From NCBI GenBank assembly GCA_964463525.1, contig CAYXDE010000003.1, positions 18,407 through 82,406 of the forward strand: DNA of 64,000 nucleotides, in the 5' to 3' direction. This document shows, piece by piece, positions 28,493 to 38,517 of this stretch. The DNA is from an uncultured Dehalococcoidia bacterium. GTDB taxonomy: Bacteria; Chloroflexota; Dehalococcoidia; Lucifugimonadales; UBA3495. A model generated the notes under the pieces. That model saw nothing but the letters and a program-made list of their open reading frames with translations. It was not told where the DNA came from and ran no database searches. The position numbers were made by a program, and so were the translations under genes. Within the stretch, counting starts at the first letter, position 1. Every line of letters starts with the position of its first letter.

Positions 28493-29473
28493 TCAGGCCG
28501 AACTGACGTCGATAACCACTTTGCCGATAGCGCCGTGCTCCACGGCCAGATGAGCGTCCTTGAGTTGCTCAAGCGAAAAGTGGGGCCCGGCGAAGGCAGC
28601 CAGCTTGCCTTGTTCCAACCAAGAGGTGATGTCTGCCACCGCCGCGTCTTTGGCAGATTCAGGCATGTCATAGACCAGGACCATACGCACGGTGACATTG
28701 GTGGAGTTGAACTTGAGTGGAACGGAGGGCGCCGCGGAACTGCCCGCGGAATAGACCGCCAATACGCCGGAACTCTTGAGTATCTGCTGGCTCACCGGGA
28801 AATTGGCTGCCATGTCGACCTCGACTATGTGGTCGACCCCCGCGCCGTCCGTGAGACCAAGAATCTTTTCAACCGTGCCGCCTTCCCGGTAGTTGACGAT
28901 GTGGTCGGCCCCGGCTGCCAGTGCGATCCGGCCTTTCTCTTCCGAGCTGACTGTGCTGATGACGGTGGCACCGCCCAGCTTGGCCTGCTGAATGGCGTAG
29001 TGACCCACAGCCCCTGCTCCGCCGGGCACCAGCACGGTTTTGTCCGTGACCGGCCCGTCCGCGAACACACAACGGTGGGCGGTCATGGCCGGCACACCCA
29101 GACCGGCCGCCGCTGCGAAGTCGGTGTTGTCGGGAAGCCGCACGGCGTGGCCGCTGGGCTGAACGGTGTATTCCGCCCCCGTGCCGAATGGACGCCGGAA
29201 CTGGGACTCGAACAGCCAGACACGTTCGCCGGCTCGAGACCCATCGACTCCTGATCCCACCGCGTCGATCACCCCGGCGCCATCCTGGTTCGGGATGACC
29301 CGGGGGAATTCAATCTTGTTGGTTAGACCCTGGCGGCGCTTCCAGTCGGACGGGTTAACGCCCGAAGTGACCACCCGCACCCTTACCTCACCCGGTCCCG
29401 GTTCGGGGTCGGGCATGTTTCCATATTCCAGGATGTCCGCGTCGCCGTTCCGTTCGTACCAGACTGCTTTCAT
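28493..29473 (-). CDS. NADPH:quinone oxidoreductase / zinc-type alcohol dehydrogenase superfamily (MDR)
   Basis: 326 aa. GEVRVRVVTSGVNPSDW and the Rossmann motif PGGAGAVGHYAIQ. Confidence 0.85.
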   Translation of the reverse strand: MKAVWYERNGDADILEYGNMPDPEPGPGEVRVRVVTSGVNPSDWKRRQGLTNKIEFPRVIPNQDGAGVIDAVGSGVDGSRAGERVWLFESQFRRPFGTGAEYTVQPSGHAVRLPDNTDFAAAAGLGVPAMTAHRCVFADGPVTDKTVLVPGGAGAVGHYAIQQAKLGGATVISTVSSEEKGRIALAAGADHIVNYREGGTVEKILGLTDGAGVDHIVEVDMAANFPVSQQILKSSGVLAVYSAGSSAAPSVPLKFNSTNVTVRMVLVYDMPESAKDAAVADITSWLEQGKLAAFAGPHFSLEQLKDAHLAVEHGAIGKVVIDVSSA

Positions 29474-29479
29474 CGGTGT

Positions 29480-30643
29480 TTACCGGTTGGCGTAGTCGGA
29501 CTTGGCGCGGTCGATGGCTTGGACCCTGCCGGCGGTAAGCACCTCTTGGTGCTCAAAGGCCCACTTGTTGGAAGCAGCCGTGCTGAGTGTCGTTCCCTGG
29601 AACACAGGCATTACATAACGGGCCAGGAGCTCGAAGCTGTGGAGTACCTGCTCCCGCTGCGCCCAGTCGATGGTCTGTACCATGAATCCGCCGAATCCTC
29701 CGCTCCGCTCTTCCAACTTGCGTATTCCGGCGATGCAGTCATCCGGGTCTCCGATGATCCAGGTGCCGTTGTCGATCATGGCGTCGATGATCTTCTCTTG
29801 CGGGCCATCGGTGACTGGCTCGCGGCCCATGGTGTGTTCGAAATACTCGCCCTGATAGCGCCCTGCACCCAGCCGGGCCTGCTCAATGGCCTCTTTTCGA
29901 CTCTCTGCGATGTGGACCGGGATCACCAGACGCCAGTCGTCCCGGTTGACCACCTGGTTGTGCTCGGCAGCCGATTCCTCTGCCACGGCCCATAGTCCGG
30001 CCAGGTCACCTTCCGGTGCGCCCGGGTCTCTGGGCCGGGTGATAGTCAGTACGGATGCTCCGTACTTGCCTGCCAGGGCAACGCCGGCCGGTGATTGCAC
30101 CGATGCCACGGAGATGGGCATGTGGGGTTTTGTATAAGGGCGAAGCTGGAGCATCGCTTCCTGGAGCGTGAACCAGTCGCTCTTGACCGTGATAGGCTCG
30201 GTCTCGGTCATCAAGCGGAGGACGACCCCAAGAGCCTCGTCCATGCGTTGACGCTGTACCGTGTGGTCGATCCCCAGCATGTATGCGTCGCCTGGCAGTG
30301 CGCCGGGGCCAACGCCCAACATCACCCTGCCGTGGCTCATATGGTCGAGCTGGACCATGCGGTTGGCGACCATGAAAGGATGATGGTAGGGCAGGCTGAT
30401 GACGCCCGTGCCAAGCTTGATGTGCTTGGTGCGGTCGGCGGCCACGGCCATGAACAACTCGGGAGAGGAGATGGTCTCCCAACCGGCGCTGTGGTGTTCG
30501 CCGATCCAGGCTTCGTCGTAGCCCAGGTGGTCCAGCCACTGGACCAATTCCAAGTCGCGGTCCAAGGCCAGAGTGGGATTTTCGCCTACCCGGTGGAAAG
30601 GTCCCATGAATATCCCGAACTTCATCCGCTCTGGTAGAGCCAT
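29480..30643 (-). CDS. LLM-class flavin-dependent monooxygenase (limonene-1,2-monooxygenase-like)
   Basis: Start trimmed to ATG 30643 (MALPERMKFGIFMGPFH) behind AGGAGAG. Motifs GYDEAWIGEHHS and KLGTGVISLPYHHP. Its stop lies 6 nt before the MDR gene start. Confidence 0.85.
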   Translation of the reverse strand: MALPERMKFGIFMGPFHRVGENPTLALDRDLELVQWLDHLGYDEAWIGEHHSAGWETISSPELFMAVAADRTKHIKLGTGVISLPYHHPFMVANRMVQLDHMSHGRVMLGVGPGALPGDAYMLGIDHTVQRQRMDEALGVVLRLMTETEPITVKSDWFTLQEAMLQLRPYTKPHMPISVASVQSPAGVALAGKYGASVLTITRPRDPGAPEGDLAGLWAVAEESAAEHNQVVNRDDWRLVIPVHIAESRKEAIEQARLGAGRYQGEYFEHTMGREPVTDGPQEKIIDAMIDNGTWIIGDPDDCIAGIRKLEERSGGFGGFMVQTIDWAQREQVLHSFELLARYVMPVFQGTTLSTAASNKWAFEHQEVLTAGRVQAIDRAKSDYANR

Positions 30644-30930
30644 GTTTTGTACTCTCCTCATCATTTGACTGACCCTCGGCTACCCCTGGATCTACCCCTG
30701 GATATCGAATCCGGCAGACATAAAAAGGGGGTCGAAGGCGATTGGGCGCATTATAGCCGCACGCACTTTGCAATGCCAACGGTCCGGTTGCCCCGCTGGC
30801 CTAACCGTTGGTCCGCGGGTCGATTGACTCCGTCGGTTGCCGGTAGTAATCTACTGCCTGCCTTTAGCCATTAGGCGCTCCGGACCGGTGATCTGGTCCG
30901 GTATTTGAGAAAGAATTGGGAGGACTATTC

Positions 30931-31674
30931 ATGCCGTACGAAGGACTGATAGCCGAAACTGTGCTCATCAATGGACATGAAGGAACCCAGATCGATGCCT
31001 ACCTGGCCCGGCCTTTGGGCGCCGGCCCCGTCGGCAGCGTGGTCCTGATCCATCACATGCCCGGTTGGGATGCCGCCTCCAAAGAGATGGCCCGCAAGCT
31101 GGCGTATAACGGCTTCGCCACCATCTCCCCCAACCTGCACTTCCGCGAGGGCAAGGGCTCTCCCACAGAGAACAGCACCAGCATCCGTGAAGCCGGCGGT
31201 ATGCCGGACGTCCGCACCATGGGCGATGTGGCAGCCGCCAGGGATTACCTGCGCAGCTTGCCCTACGTAAACGGCAAGGTCGGGCTCATCGGCTTCTGCT
31301 CCGGCGGACGCCAGACCTACCTGGGCGCCTGCACCCTCGACAACATCGACGCTGCAGTGGACTGCTGGGGTGGCGGAGTAACCAAGGGCAACGACGAACT
31401 GACCCCCGCCATGCCCGCCTGGCCCATCGACTTCACCGATGGGCTGAACTGCCCGTTGTTAGGACTCTTTGGTGAAGAAGACGCTAGACCTTCTCCCGCC
31501 GACGTGGCTGAGACGGAGGCGGAGTTGAAGCGTCTGGGTAAGGACTACGATTTCCATATGTACCCGGGCGCAGGTCATGGCTTCTTTGCGGTTGACCGGC
31601 CCAGTTACCATCAGGAAGCAGCCACGGACGGTTGGGAGAAGGTAATCTCCTTCTTCGGAAAGCACCTCAGCTAG
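30931..31674 (+). CDS. dienelactone hydrolase family protein
   Basis: ATG 30931 behind GGGAGG. Nucleophile motif GFCSGG and a C-terminal GAGHGF. About 247 aa. Confidence 0.85.
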   Translation: MPYEGLIAETVLINGHEGTQIDAYLARPLGAGPVGSVVLIHHMPGWDAASKEMARKLAYNGFATISPNLHFREGKGSPTENSTSIREAGGMPDVRTMGDVAAARDYLRSLPYVNGKVGLIGFCSGGRQTYLGACTLDNIDAAVDCWGGGVTKGNDELTPAMPAWPIDFTDGLNCPLLGLFGEEDARPSPADVAETEAELKRLGKDYDFHMYPGAGHGFFAVDRPSYHQEAATDGWEKVISFFGKHLS

Positions 31675-31698
31675 ACTGCTAGACCTTTAGCGGATAAG

Positions 31699-31732
31699 AA
31701 AGGGGGCTGCCACACGGCAGCCCCCTTTTTTG
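31699..31732 (+). terminator. intrinsic terminator
   Basis: Stem GGGGGCTGCC/GGCAGCCCCC (31702-31711 / 31716-31725) with loop ACAC, followed by TTTTTT. Confidence 0.85.
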
Positions 31733-31969
31733 TTGCCGTGGGAAATCGTAGGGCCAGAATTCGCGCATGCCGAATGTTGCCCCAGGGATGGACGGCTAGG
31801 CAATGGAAATGGGGATTCAAGCAAAACCCACGATGATAGACTAGTTCAAGATGCAATTTTATTTTTCGTTAGATACATGTACCCGGTATTCAGCCACGTT
31901 TCGGCGGACCAAGCTAGAATTATCAGGGTCGGTTGCCGGTTTTGGGACCGATGATCTCGAACCGAACAA

Positions 31970-33145
31970 ATGGGCGCGTGTCAGATGGTAGTTGAGATAA
32001 GAAGACCACGATCTTTAGGCCTGATTTTATTGGTGATAGCCGCATTTATCATGGGCTGCTCGAGTGCGGATGCTCCAACTCAGCCGAGGCCGGATCCGGG
32101 ATCACCGGCCCCTCCGACTGTGGATGTCAGCTCGACGGTCGACGCGATGGTAAGCGAGCGATTGTCCGCCGCTGAAAGAGCGGCATCGTTGGCAACTGCA
32201 AGTGTTGACCGGGCTACCAGTCTGCCTGTGACACAAACGAACCCTTCGGAAGACCCCACTCCGATAAGCGGGGAAGCTGAAGCAACGCTCACACCGGGAG
32301 AAACGATCACTCCGACACCGACGAACACCCCTAGACCAACACCGACGCCGGTGTTCTTGGATTCGTATAACCGTGGGCTAGAACATCTCGAAAATGAAGA
32401 ATTTAGTTTAGCCATTTCCGAGTTCACCGCCGCTATCGCGATCGATTCCTCGGTTGCCGATGCCTATGAGATGAGGGGTTCGGCCTACTCGAAAAGCAGC
32501 GATTGGAGATTGGCGGTCGATGATTATGCCGAAGCGATCAAGTTAGAGCCGGACAACGCAAATCTGTACAGGTACCGGGCGGATAATCTTGTGGAGCTCG
32601 GACTGGACCACTTAGCTATAGATGACTACCAATTTGCCACCAACTTGAACCCTGGTGTTGAAGGTGGGTTCAGGGGTATGGCCCAGGTGTATGCGCTGAA
32701 CGAAGACGCATTCCCGGACCCTTTGAAAAAGGATTCATTCCCAGAGGCGCAAGAAGCTTTCGGTCAGGCGCTGAGGTATCAACCAGATGACCGAGTTTCC
32801 ATCAGAGGGTTGGCGGTGATTACCCTGGAACTTGGTCTGAACGAATCGGCCGAGGATCTGTTTTCGAGGTTGCTGGAAATAGTACCCGACGATGCTGAAA
32901 TCTTATATCTCAGGGGCCTGGCTAGGTATAAGGCCAGTCTATTCTCACTGGCTGTCATAGATCTTGATAAAGCGATATCCCTGGATAATTTCGCAGCGGA
33001 ATATTACTACCTCCGCAGCCTCGTTAACGATGAACTGGCTTTATCCGATTCGTCGCAAGAGGACCTTGAAACAAGCTGTGCGCTCTCGTCGACGTTGGAG
33101 GAAGACTTAGTCCATCTCATAACGGATAGATCTTGCCCGACTTAG
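31970..33145 (+). CDS. TPR-repeat lipoprotein
   Basis: Signal peptide with lipobox FIMGCSS, a Pro/Thr-rich linker, then repeated TPR-like units (ADAYEMRGSAYSKSSDWRLAVDDYAEAIKLEPDNA...). The gene is visibly lower in GC. Confidence 0.75.
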   Translation: MGACQMVVEIRRPRSLGLILLVIAAFIMGCSSADAPTQPRPDPGSPAPPTVDVSSTVDAMVSERLSAAERAASLATASVDRATSLPVTQTNPSEDPTPISGEAEATLTPGETITPTPTNTPRPTPTPVFLDSYNRGLEHLENEEFSLAISEFTAAIAIDSSVADAYEMRGSAYSKSSDWRLAVDDYAEAIKLEPDNANLYRYRADNLVELGLDHLAIDDYQFATNLNPGVEGGFRGMAQVYALNEDAFPDPLKKDSFPEAQEAFGQALRYQPDDRVSIRGLAVITLELGLNESAEDLFSRLLEIVPDDAEILYLRGLARYKASLFSLAVIDLDKAISLDNFAAEYYYLRSLVNDELALSDSSQEDLETSCALSSTLEEDLVHLITDRSCPT

Positions 33146-33320
33146 TGAGCTAGCCCAGGCAGATAACTCTTGCGGTTTGGATGGATGGCTTCAAACAGGC
33201 AACCCACCCTGTTCCTGCCACTCTTGCCACGGATTGCCGGCTAAGAATAGCATTCGGCTAGTTGGACGAAAGCGCCGGTCAGACGCGAGTGATCATTGCC
33301 AAGGACCAGTGGGAGCTCTG

Positions 33321-34277
33321 CTAGTTATAGCGGATGCGGGGGTCCAGCCAACCGTAGAGCAGATCAACAATCAGGTTGATGAGCAGTACGCCGGTGCCGA
33401 TGACCACGATCACGGCCTGAATCATGGGAAAGTCCCGGTGGAAGATGGCCTCGATCAATATCCGGCCCACGCCCGGGATCAAGAAGATGCTCTCGATGAC
33501 GACCGCGCCTTCGACGAGACGGGCGAACTGCCAGCCGGAGATGGTCAGAATGGGCAGTATGGCATTCTTCAGTCCGTGTCTCATCAGCACGACCCGCTCG
33601 GAGAGACCCTTGGCGCGGGCCGTCCGCATGTAGTCCTCACGCAGCACTTCCATCATGGCGGACCGGGTGACCCTGGCGATGAACGCCATATCGTAGATGG
33701 CCAGCGCCAAGGCAGGAAAGATCATCTGCTGTAGGTTCTGTAGAGGGTTGTCCCAGAGTTCAACGTAGCCCAAAGGCGGAAGCCAGTTGAATACAGTCAG
33801 CAGAAAGAGAATCATCAGGACGGCCATCAAGAAATTGGGAATGGCTATGCCAATGATAGTGAAGGTGCGGGCGCCCAGGTCCAACCAGCTATCCGGCTTG
33901 ATGGCGGACATGATTCCCAGGGGCACCGACAAAACCACGGCCATGACAATGGCCAAGACCGCCAGTTCAAGGGTTCTCGGGATCCGGTCGGCCAACTCGG
34001 TCATCACTGGGGCTTTGAACCAGAAGGAATCCCCAAAATCGCCCTGGAATATCCCTCCGATCCAGTCGGCGTATTGGACGAACAGGTGGCGGTCGGTGCC
34101 CAGTTCAGACCTGAGCCGGTCCAGGTCAGCGGCGGTGTAGGAGCCGCCGCCGTCGCCTTCTAAGAGCGCGATGGCCGGGTCCCCCGGGATGATCCGCATG
34201 ACCACAAAGACCAAGATGGTCATCAATAACATGGTCGGAACGAATAGGGAGATTCGCTTTATGGCGTAGCGGCCCAT
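33321..34277 (-). CDS. ABC transporter permease (DppB/OppB type), orphan
   Basis: 318 aa. N-terminus MGRYAIKRISLFVPTMLL and the EAA-like loop YMRTARAKGLSERVVLMRHGLKN. No partner permease, ATPase or binding-protein gene is adjacent. Confidence 0.85.
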   Translation of the reverse strand: MGRYAIKRISLFVPTMLLMTILVFVVMRIIPGDPAIALLEGDGGGSYTAADLDRLRSELGTDRHLFVQYADWIGGIFQGDFGDSFWFKAPVMTELADRIPRTLELAVLAIVMAVVLSVPLGIMSAIKPDSWLDLGARTFTIIGIAIPNFLMAVLMILFLLTVFNWLPPLGYVELWDNPLQNLQQMIFPALALAIYDMAFIARVTRSAMMEVLREDYMRTARAKGLSERVVLMRHGLKNAILPILTISGWQFARLVEGAVVIESIFLIPGVGRILIEAIFHRDFPMIQAVIVVIGTGVLLINLIVDLLYGWLDPRIRYN

Positions 34278-34296
34278 CTAGGCGCCTAGCTCCATT

Positions 34297-34338
34297 GTTT
34301 CACCCATGGTTTCATCCGGTGTTTCATTCATCGTTTCA
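34297..34338. repeat. four exactly phased 12-bp tandem units, each containing GTTTCA
   Basis: GTTTCA at 34297, 34309, 34321 and 34333 (TGAAAC on the minus strand). The array lies 20-60 nt upstream of the permease ATG, in the divergent region shared with the dioxygenase gene. Confidence 0.85.
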
Positions 34339-34544
34339 ATGACTGGTGTAGTTTTCGTAATCATCTGGCAAGGGCAGAGTTCGTTGATAATACAACCGTC
34401 CCACTATATCAGAATACAAGGTGAAATTGACTTCCCAGACCGGTATGCAGAGGTTGCGAAATCTCCCGTTCCAGCGGATTATGTATCCAGTATGTCCTTT
34501 CCCGGTTGGACGGAAAAAGAAACGGCGAACTACGAGGAGCGAAC

Positions 34545-35594
34545 ATGGCTGAGATTGTATTGGGCCTAGGAACTTCCCACAGTCCCATGTTGAGCCTGCC
34601 GGGCGACATGTGGGGCGAGTACGCAGCCCGCGATAAGGGCAACCCCATGCTGCTGTCCTTGGAGGACGGCTCAACCAAGACCTACGACGAACTTCTCGCG
34701 ACGGCCGACCCGGCCATCGCCACCCGGCTTACCACGGAGAATTTCCAAGCCCAGTACGACGCCTGCCAAAGGGGCATCACTGCCTTGGAAGAGGCCATGA
34801 TCGAGACTGACCCGGACGTGGTGGTGATCGTCGGCGATGACCAAGAAGAGCTTTTCTTCGACGACAACATGCCCATGTTCTCCATCTACTGGGGCGACAC
34901 CATGCACCTAACACCCCGCGGAATCGGGGACAATGCTTCTCCCGCTACCAAGGCCTCCATGTGGGGCTACGGAACAGAGGAGATGGACGTGCCTGTGGAC
35001 TCGGCATTGGGTTTACACCTCATAGAGAGCTTGATCGAAGACGATTTCGACATCGCTCACGCCCGTTACATGAACAAAGAGGTTGGCGGGACCGTGGGGC
35101 CCATCGGCTACCTGAACAACCCGATCGTCACGGAGCGCAGGCATCAGGCCATGCCCCATGCTTACTCCTACGTGGTCAAACGGATCATGAACAACAAGAT
35201 CAGGCCCATAGTGCCTGTGTCGCAGAACACCTTCTATCCGCCCAACCAACCTACCCCCAGGCGCTGCTACAACCTGGGCAAGTCCATGGCCAAGGCGATC
35301 AAAGACTGGGACACCGACAAGAAGGTGGCGGTGGTCGGTTCTGGCGGCCTGAGCCATTTCCTGGTGGACGAAGAGATCGACCAACTGGCCTTGAAAGGGA
35401 TGAAGGAAAGAGACGGCGAGGCATTGGCCGCACTGCCCCGCTACCGGCTGAACTCAGGCAGCTCGGAGATTCTAAACTGGATCACCGCCGCTGCGGCCTG
35501 CGAGCACCTGGACATGGACGTGGTTGAGTACGTGCCTGTCTACCGGTCGCCTGCCGGCACCGGCGGCGGCTGGGGATTTGCCGTCTGGAAGTAA
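34545..35594 (+). CDS. class III extradiol ring-cleavage dioxygenase (LigB family)
   Basis: ATG 34545 behind GAGGAG. N-terminus MAEIVLGLGTSHSPML, VVVIVGDDQEE and GSGGLSHF are typical of LigB-type catalytic subunits. Confidence 0.8.
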   Translation: MAEIVLGLGTSHSPMLSLPGDMWGEYAARDKGNPMLLSLEDGSTKTYDELLATADPAIATRLTTENFQAQYDACQRGITALEEAMIETDPDVVVIVGDDQEELFFDDNMPMFSIYWGDTMHLTPRGIGDNASPATKASMWGYGTEEMDVPVDSALGLHLIESLIEDDFDIAHARYMNKEVGGTVGPIGYLNNPIVTERRHQAMPHAYSYVVKRIMNNKIRPIVPVSQNTFYPPNQPTPRRCYNLGKSMAKAIKDWDTDKKVAVVGSGGLSHFLVDEEIDQLALKGMKERDGEALAALPRYRLNSGSSEILNWITAAAACEHLDMDVVEYVPVYRSPAGTGGGWGFAVWK

Positions 35595-35623
35595 CCCGCC
35601 CGGCTTGAACGAAAGCTAAACGA

Positions 35624-35653
35624 CGGCCCGTCCCGATTTTTCGGGACGGGCCG
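35624..35653 (+). terminator. GC-rich stem-loop after the dioxygenase gene
   Basis: 12-bp stem CGGCCCGTCCCG/CGGGACGGGCCG with a T-rich loop. No trailing T-run, so it may be a stabiliser or a weak terminator. Confidence 0.5.
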
Positions 35654-35697
35654 GTCTGAGTCTGGATCTTTAGTCTAAATCTCCCGAGGTTTCAAAC

Positions 35698-36570
35698 ATG
35701 GCACAGGCCCCCCGCGACGAATGGGTGACAATCGATGGCTTGAATTTTCACTACCGCGACTGGGGCGGGTCCGGACAGCCGTTGCTGCTGCTCCATGGCC
35801 TGGCGTCCACCTGCCACATCTGGGACATGGTTGCGCCGATCTTGGCTGAAGACCATAGAGTGATCGCCCTGGACCAGCGGGGCCACGGCGAGACCGACAA
35901 ACCTACCGAGGGATTCGATTTCGCTTCAGTGACTAAAGACGTTCTGGGCGTGATGGGCCACGTCGGTGGAGACGCCCCTGTGGTGGTTGGTCACTCTTGG
36001 GGAGGCAGCGTGGCCCTGGAACTTGCGGTGCGGGCTCCTGCATCGGTCAAGGGTATGGCTTGGATAGACGGCGGCATGATCAACGCCTCAGCACGATACC
36101 CGACCGTCGAGGACGCCAAGTTCGAGATGTCCCCGCCCGACTTCAGCGGCGTCAAGGTTGAAAGCTTCATGGAACGCGTCCGCACCCGGCATCAAGGCGC
36201 GGGCATGGCCCCAGGCTCCCATGATGTGGTCATGGCCAATTTCGAGGTCCTGGAAGACAACACCATAAAGGCACGCCTCACCCGCGCCAACCACCTGAGG
36301 ATCATCGAGGCCCTCTGGGACCACCACCCCACCGAGTTGTACCGGCAGGTGCAGTGCCCCGTGCTGATCATGCCCGCCCGTCAGCAGAACCTGACGGCCA
36401 CCGAGGAACGGAATCAGCGGCGGATGATGTCTGTTGGCGAAGCTGAAGAGCAGCTGGCCAACAGCAAGACCGTCTGGCTGGAGAACAGCATCCACGATGT
36501 CCCCATCCAAAGGCCGGAACTGGTGGCCGACCTCATCAAAAGCCACGTGGCCGACGGATTTTTCGGTTAA
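35698..36570 (+). CDS. alpha/beta hydrolase (meta-cleavage-product hydrolase-like)
   Basis: 290 aa. HGLAST oxyanion region and nucleophile elbow GHSWGG. Directly downstream of the extradiol dioxygenase. Confidence 0.8.
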   Translation: MAQAPRDEWVTIDGLNFHYRDWGGSGQPLLLLHGLASTCHIWDMVAPILAEDHRVIALDQRGHGETDKPTEGFDFASVTKDVLGVMGHVGGDAPVVVGHSWGGSVALELAVRAPASVKGMAWIDGGMINASARYPTVEDAKFEMSPPDFSGVKVESFMERVRTRHQGAGMAPGSHDVVMANFEVLEDNTIKARLTRANHLRIIEALWDHHPTELYRQVQCPVLIMPARQQNLTATEERNQRRMMSVGEAEEQLANSKTVWLENSIHDVPIQRPELVADLIKSHVADGFFG

Positions 36571-36593
36571 GCACCCCCATCGGGAGAAGAAAC

Positions 36594-37358
36594 ATGGCCC
36601 AAATAGATTATTCGCCGCTGGATGACCCCAGCATCTCCATGAACTCCTTCTACCCTCGGCAGGATTGGACCCCGCCGGCAGATGGGGTCCAGGACTACAC
36701 CGTCAACGTCGGAGACGACATCGGCCTCTCCTGCCGCTTCTTTCCGGCGGGCACGGGCGCTCCCACCATCCTGTTCTTCTATGGGAACGGGGAGACGGCC
36801 ATCGACTACAACTCAATCGCACCGTTGTACAACCAGATCGGCGTCAACTTCTTTGTTGCCGACTACCGGGGCTACGGCAAGAGCGGCGGCTCCCCGTCGT
36901 TCACCACCATGCTCTCCGACGCCAACACCGTGCTTGAGGCCATGCAGATCGTGCTGGGGGCCAGCGGCTATAACGGCCCGGTCTTTGTTATGGGCCGGTC
37001 CATGGGGCGCCATTCCGCCTTTGAATTGGCAGCCAAAGAGGACCCGGGCATAAATGGCGTGATAATCGAAAGCGGACGGCCCAGCCTGGGCCAGTTTACC
37101 GGCGGGTTGGACCAGCAGTTGGCTTCAGACCTGGAAGACGCCTACCAGGCCAAGGCGGCGTCCATCGCCATCCCGGTGCTGGTGATACATGGTGAGATGG
37201 ATGCCCTGGCGCCCCTGGAGCACGCGGAAAACATGTTCCGGGATTTTGCATCAACGGACAAGACGATGCTGATGATTCCCGGCGCAGGCCACAACGACCT
37301 GCTCTTCAAAGGATTGGACGAGTACTTCACGGCCATCCGGGACTTTATCTTCAGCTAA
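36594..37358 (+). CDS. alpha/beta hydrolase (short, prolyl-oligopeptidase/BAAT-like fold)
   Basis: 254 aa. Nucleophile elbow GRSMGR and a C-terminal GAGHND. Confidence 0.75.
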   Translation: MAQIDYSPLDDPSISMNSFYPRQDWTPPADGVQDYTVNVGDDIGLSCRFFPAGTGAPTILFFYGNGETAIDYNSIAPLYNQIGVNFFVADYRGYGKSGGSPSFTTMLSDANTVLEAMQIVLGASGYNGPVFVMGRSMGRHSAFELAAKEDPGINGVIIESGRPSLGQFTGGLDQQLASDLEDAYQAKAASIAIPVLVIHGEMDALAPLEHAENMFRDFASTDKTMLMIPGAGHNDLLFKGLDEYFTAIRDFIFS

Positions 37359-37373
37359 GGGGCACGGCCCCCG

Positions 37374-37916
37374 TTAAACGTGACCGGGCCACTCGTCCCT
37401 CAGGAGCCCAAAGACCAGGGTGTCCCACCACCGGTCTTTGAAGAATTCGTTCTCCCGCAACCGGCCTTCTTCGCGCAGGCCCAGTTTCTCCAACACCCTG
37501 GCCGATGCGCCGTTCTCGGCTATACACCACGATGATATCCGGTGCAGCCCCATCTGGCTGAATCCGTGGTCGATCAACGCTGCGGCGGCCTCGGTAGCGT
37601 AACCTCGCCGCCAATGCTCCGGAGCTATCTCATACCCTATGTCGGCTTCCCAATCGTTCTCCGGTTTGCGGCGGATACCGGCGTTGCCGATCAACTCACC
37701 ACTCTCTCGGAGTACCACCGCCAACTGAAACCGGCGTCTCGGCGACTCAGCCTGTTCGTCCAGGAACCACTGCACGAACTCTTTGGCGTCGGACTCCGTG
37801 CGTGTGAAGAAGGGATAGAACTGGAGGTAACGCGGGTCTTGTTGGTAGGCCAAGACCGCCGGCCAATCGTCCGGCACGAATTCACGCAGTATCAGCCGTT
37901 CGGTTTTTATCTCCAC
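37374..37916 (-). CDS. GNAT family N-acetyltransferase (RimJ/RimL-like)
   Basis: 180 aa. N-terminus TERLILREFVPDDW and the acetyl-CoA site WRRGYATEAA. Confidence 0.8.
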   Translation of the reverse strand: MEIKTERLILREFVPDDWPAVLAYQQDPRYLQFYPFFTRTESDAKEFVQWFLDEQAESPRRRFQLAVVLRESGELIGNAGIRRKPENDWEADIGYEIAPEHWRRGYATEAAAALIDHGFSQMGLHRISSWCIAENGASARVLEKLGLREEGRLRENEFFKDRWWDTLVFGLLRDEWPGHV

Positions 37917-38003
37917 TACGCCTGGCCCCTTTGACAGACTCTTCTGCGGGTTCTAGCATATCGTAGCCGCGAATTCGGCGGCTCACTTATAGGAGACTGA
38001 AAC

Positions 38004-38462
38004 ATGGAAGCAACCTGTGTGACCCACGTCGGCGTGTGTGTCCAGGACATGGCAGAGTCCCTGAAATTCTACCGGGACGCGCTGGGAATGAAGGTGATCG
38101 GCGAAAAGCTCACCGACATCACCGAGGGCGGGACCCAAACCGCACGTCTGGACAACTATGCCCTGGAGCGCAATACCCGCCATTGGGTGAGCTTGGCGTA
38201 CGGTGACGACCTCACCCCCACCCTGACGCTGACCAGTCATCCGGGCGAGAAAGCCGATGGGAAGCCCATACTCCTTGACCAGGTGGGCATCAGCCACATA
38301 TCCTTTGGCGTTGCCGACGTGGCCAGTTTGGCCGACGAATTGGAGGCCAAAGGGTTCGCGCTGGCCGGTTCCAGGGAGTCGTTCACCAACTCCAATGGAG
38401 AGATCAGGAGCATCTACGTCCGCGACCCGGACGGCATATTGGTTCAGTTCAACACCCCGTAA
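38004..38462 (+). CDS. VOC-family protein (glyoxalase/bleomycin-resistance/dioxygenase fold)
   Basis: 152 aa. VTHVGVCVQDMAESLKFYRDALGM and HISFGV...YVRDPDGILV. Confidence 0.8.
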   Translation: MEATCVTHVGVCVQDMAESLKFYRDALGMKVIGEKLTDITEGGTQTARLDNYALERNTRHWVSLAYGDDLTPTLTLTSHPGEKADGKPILLDQVGISHISFGVADVASLADELEAKGFALAGSRESFTNSNGEIRSIYVRDPDGILVQFNTP

Positions 38463-38517
38463 TCAAGACTCGTAACAGATACTCTAGGCACGAAATTGCA
38501 GAAAAGGAAATGAAACA

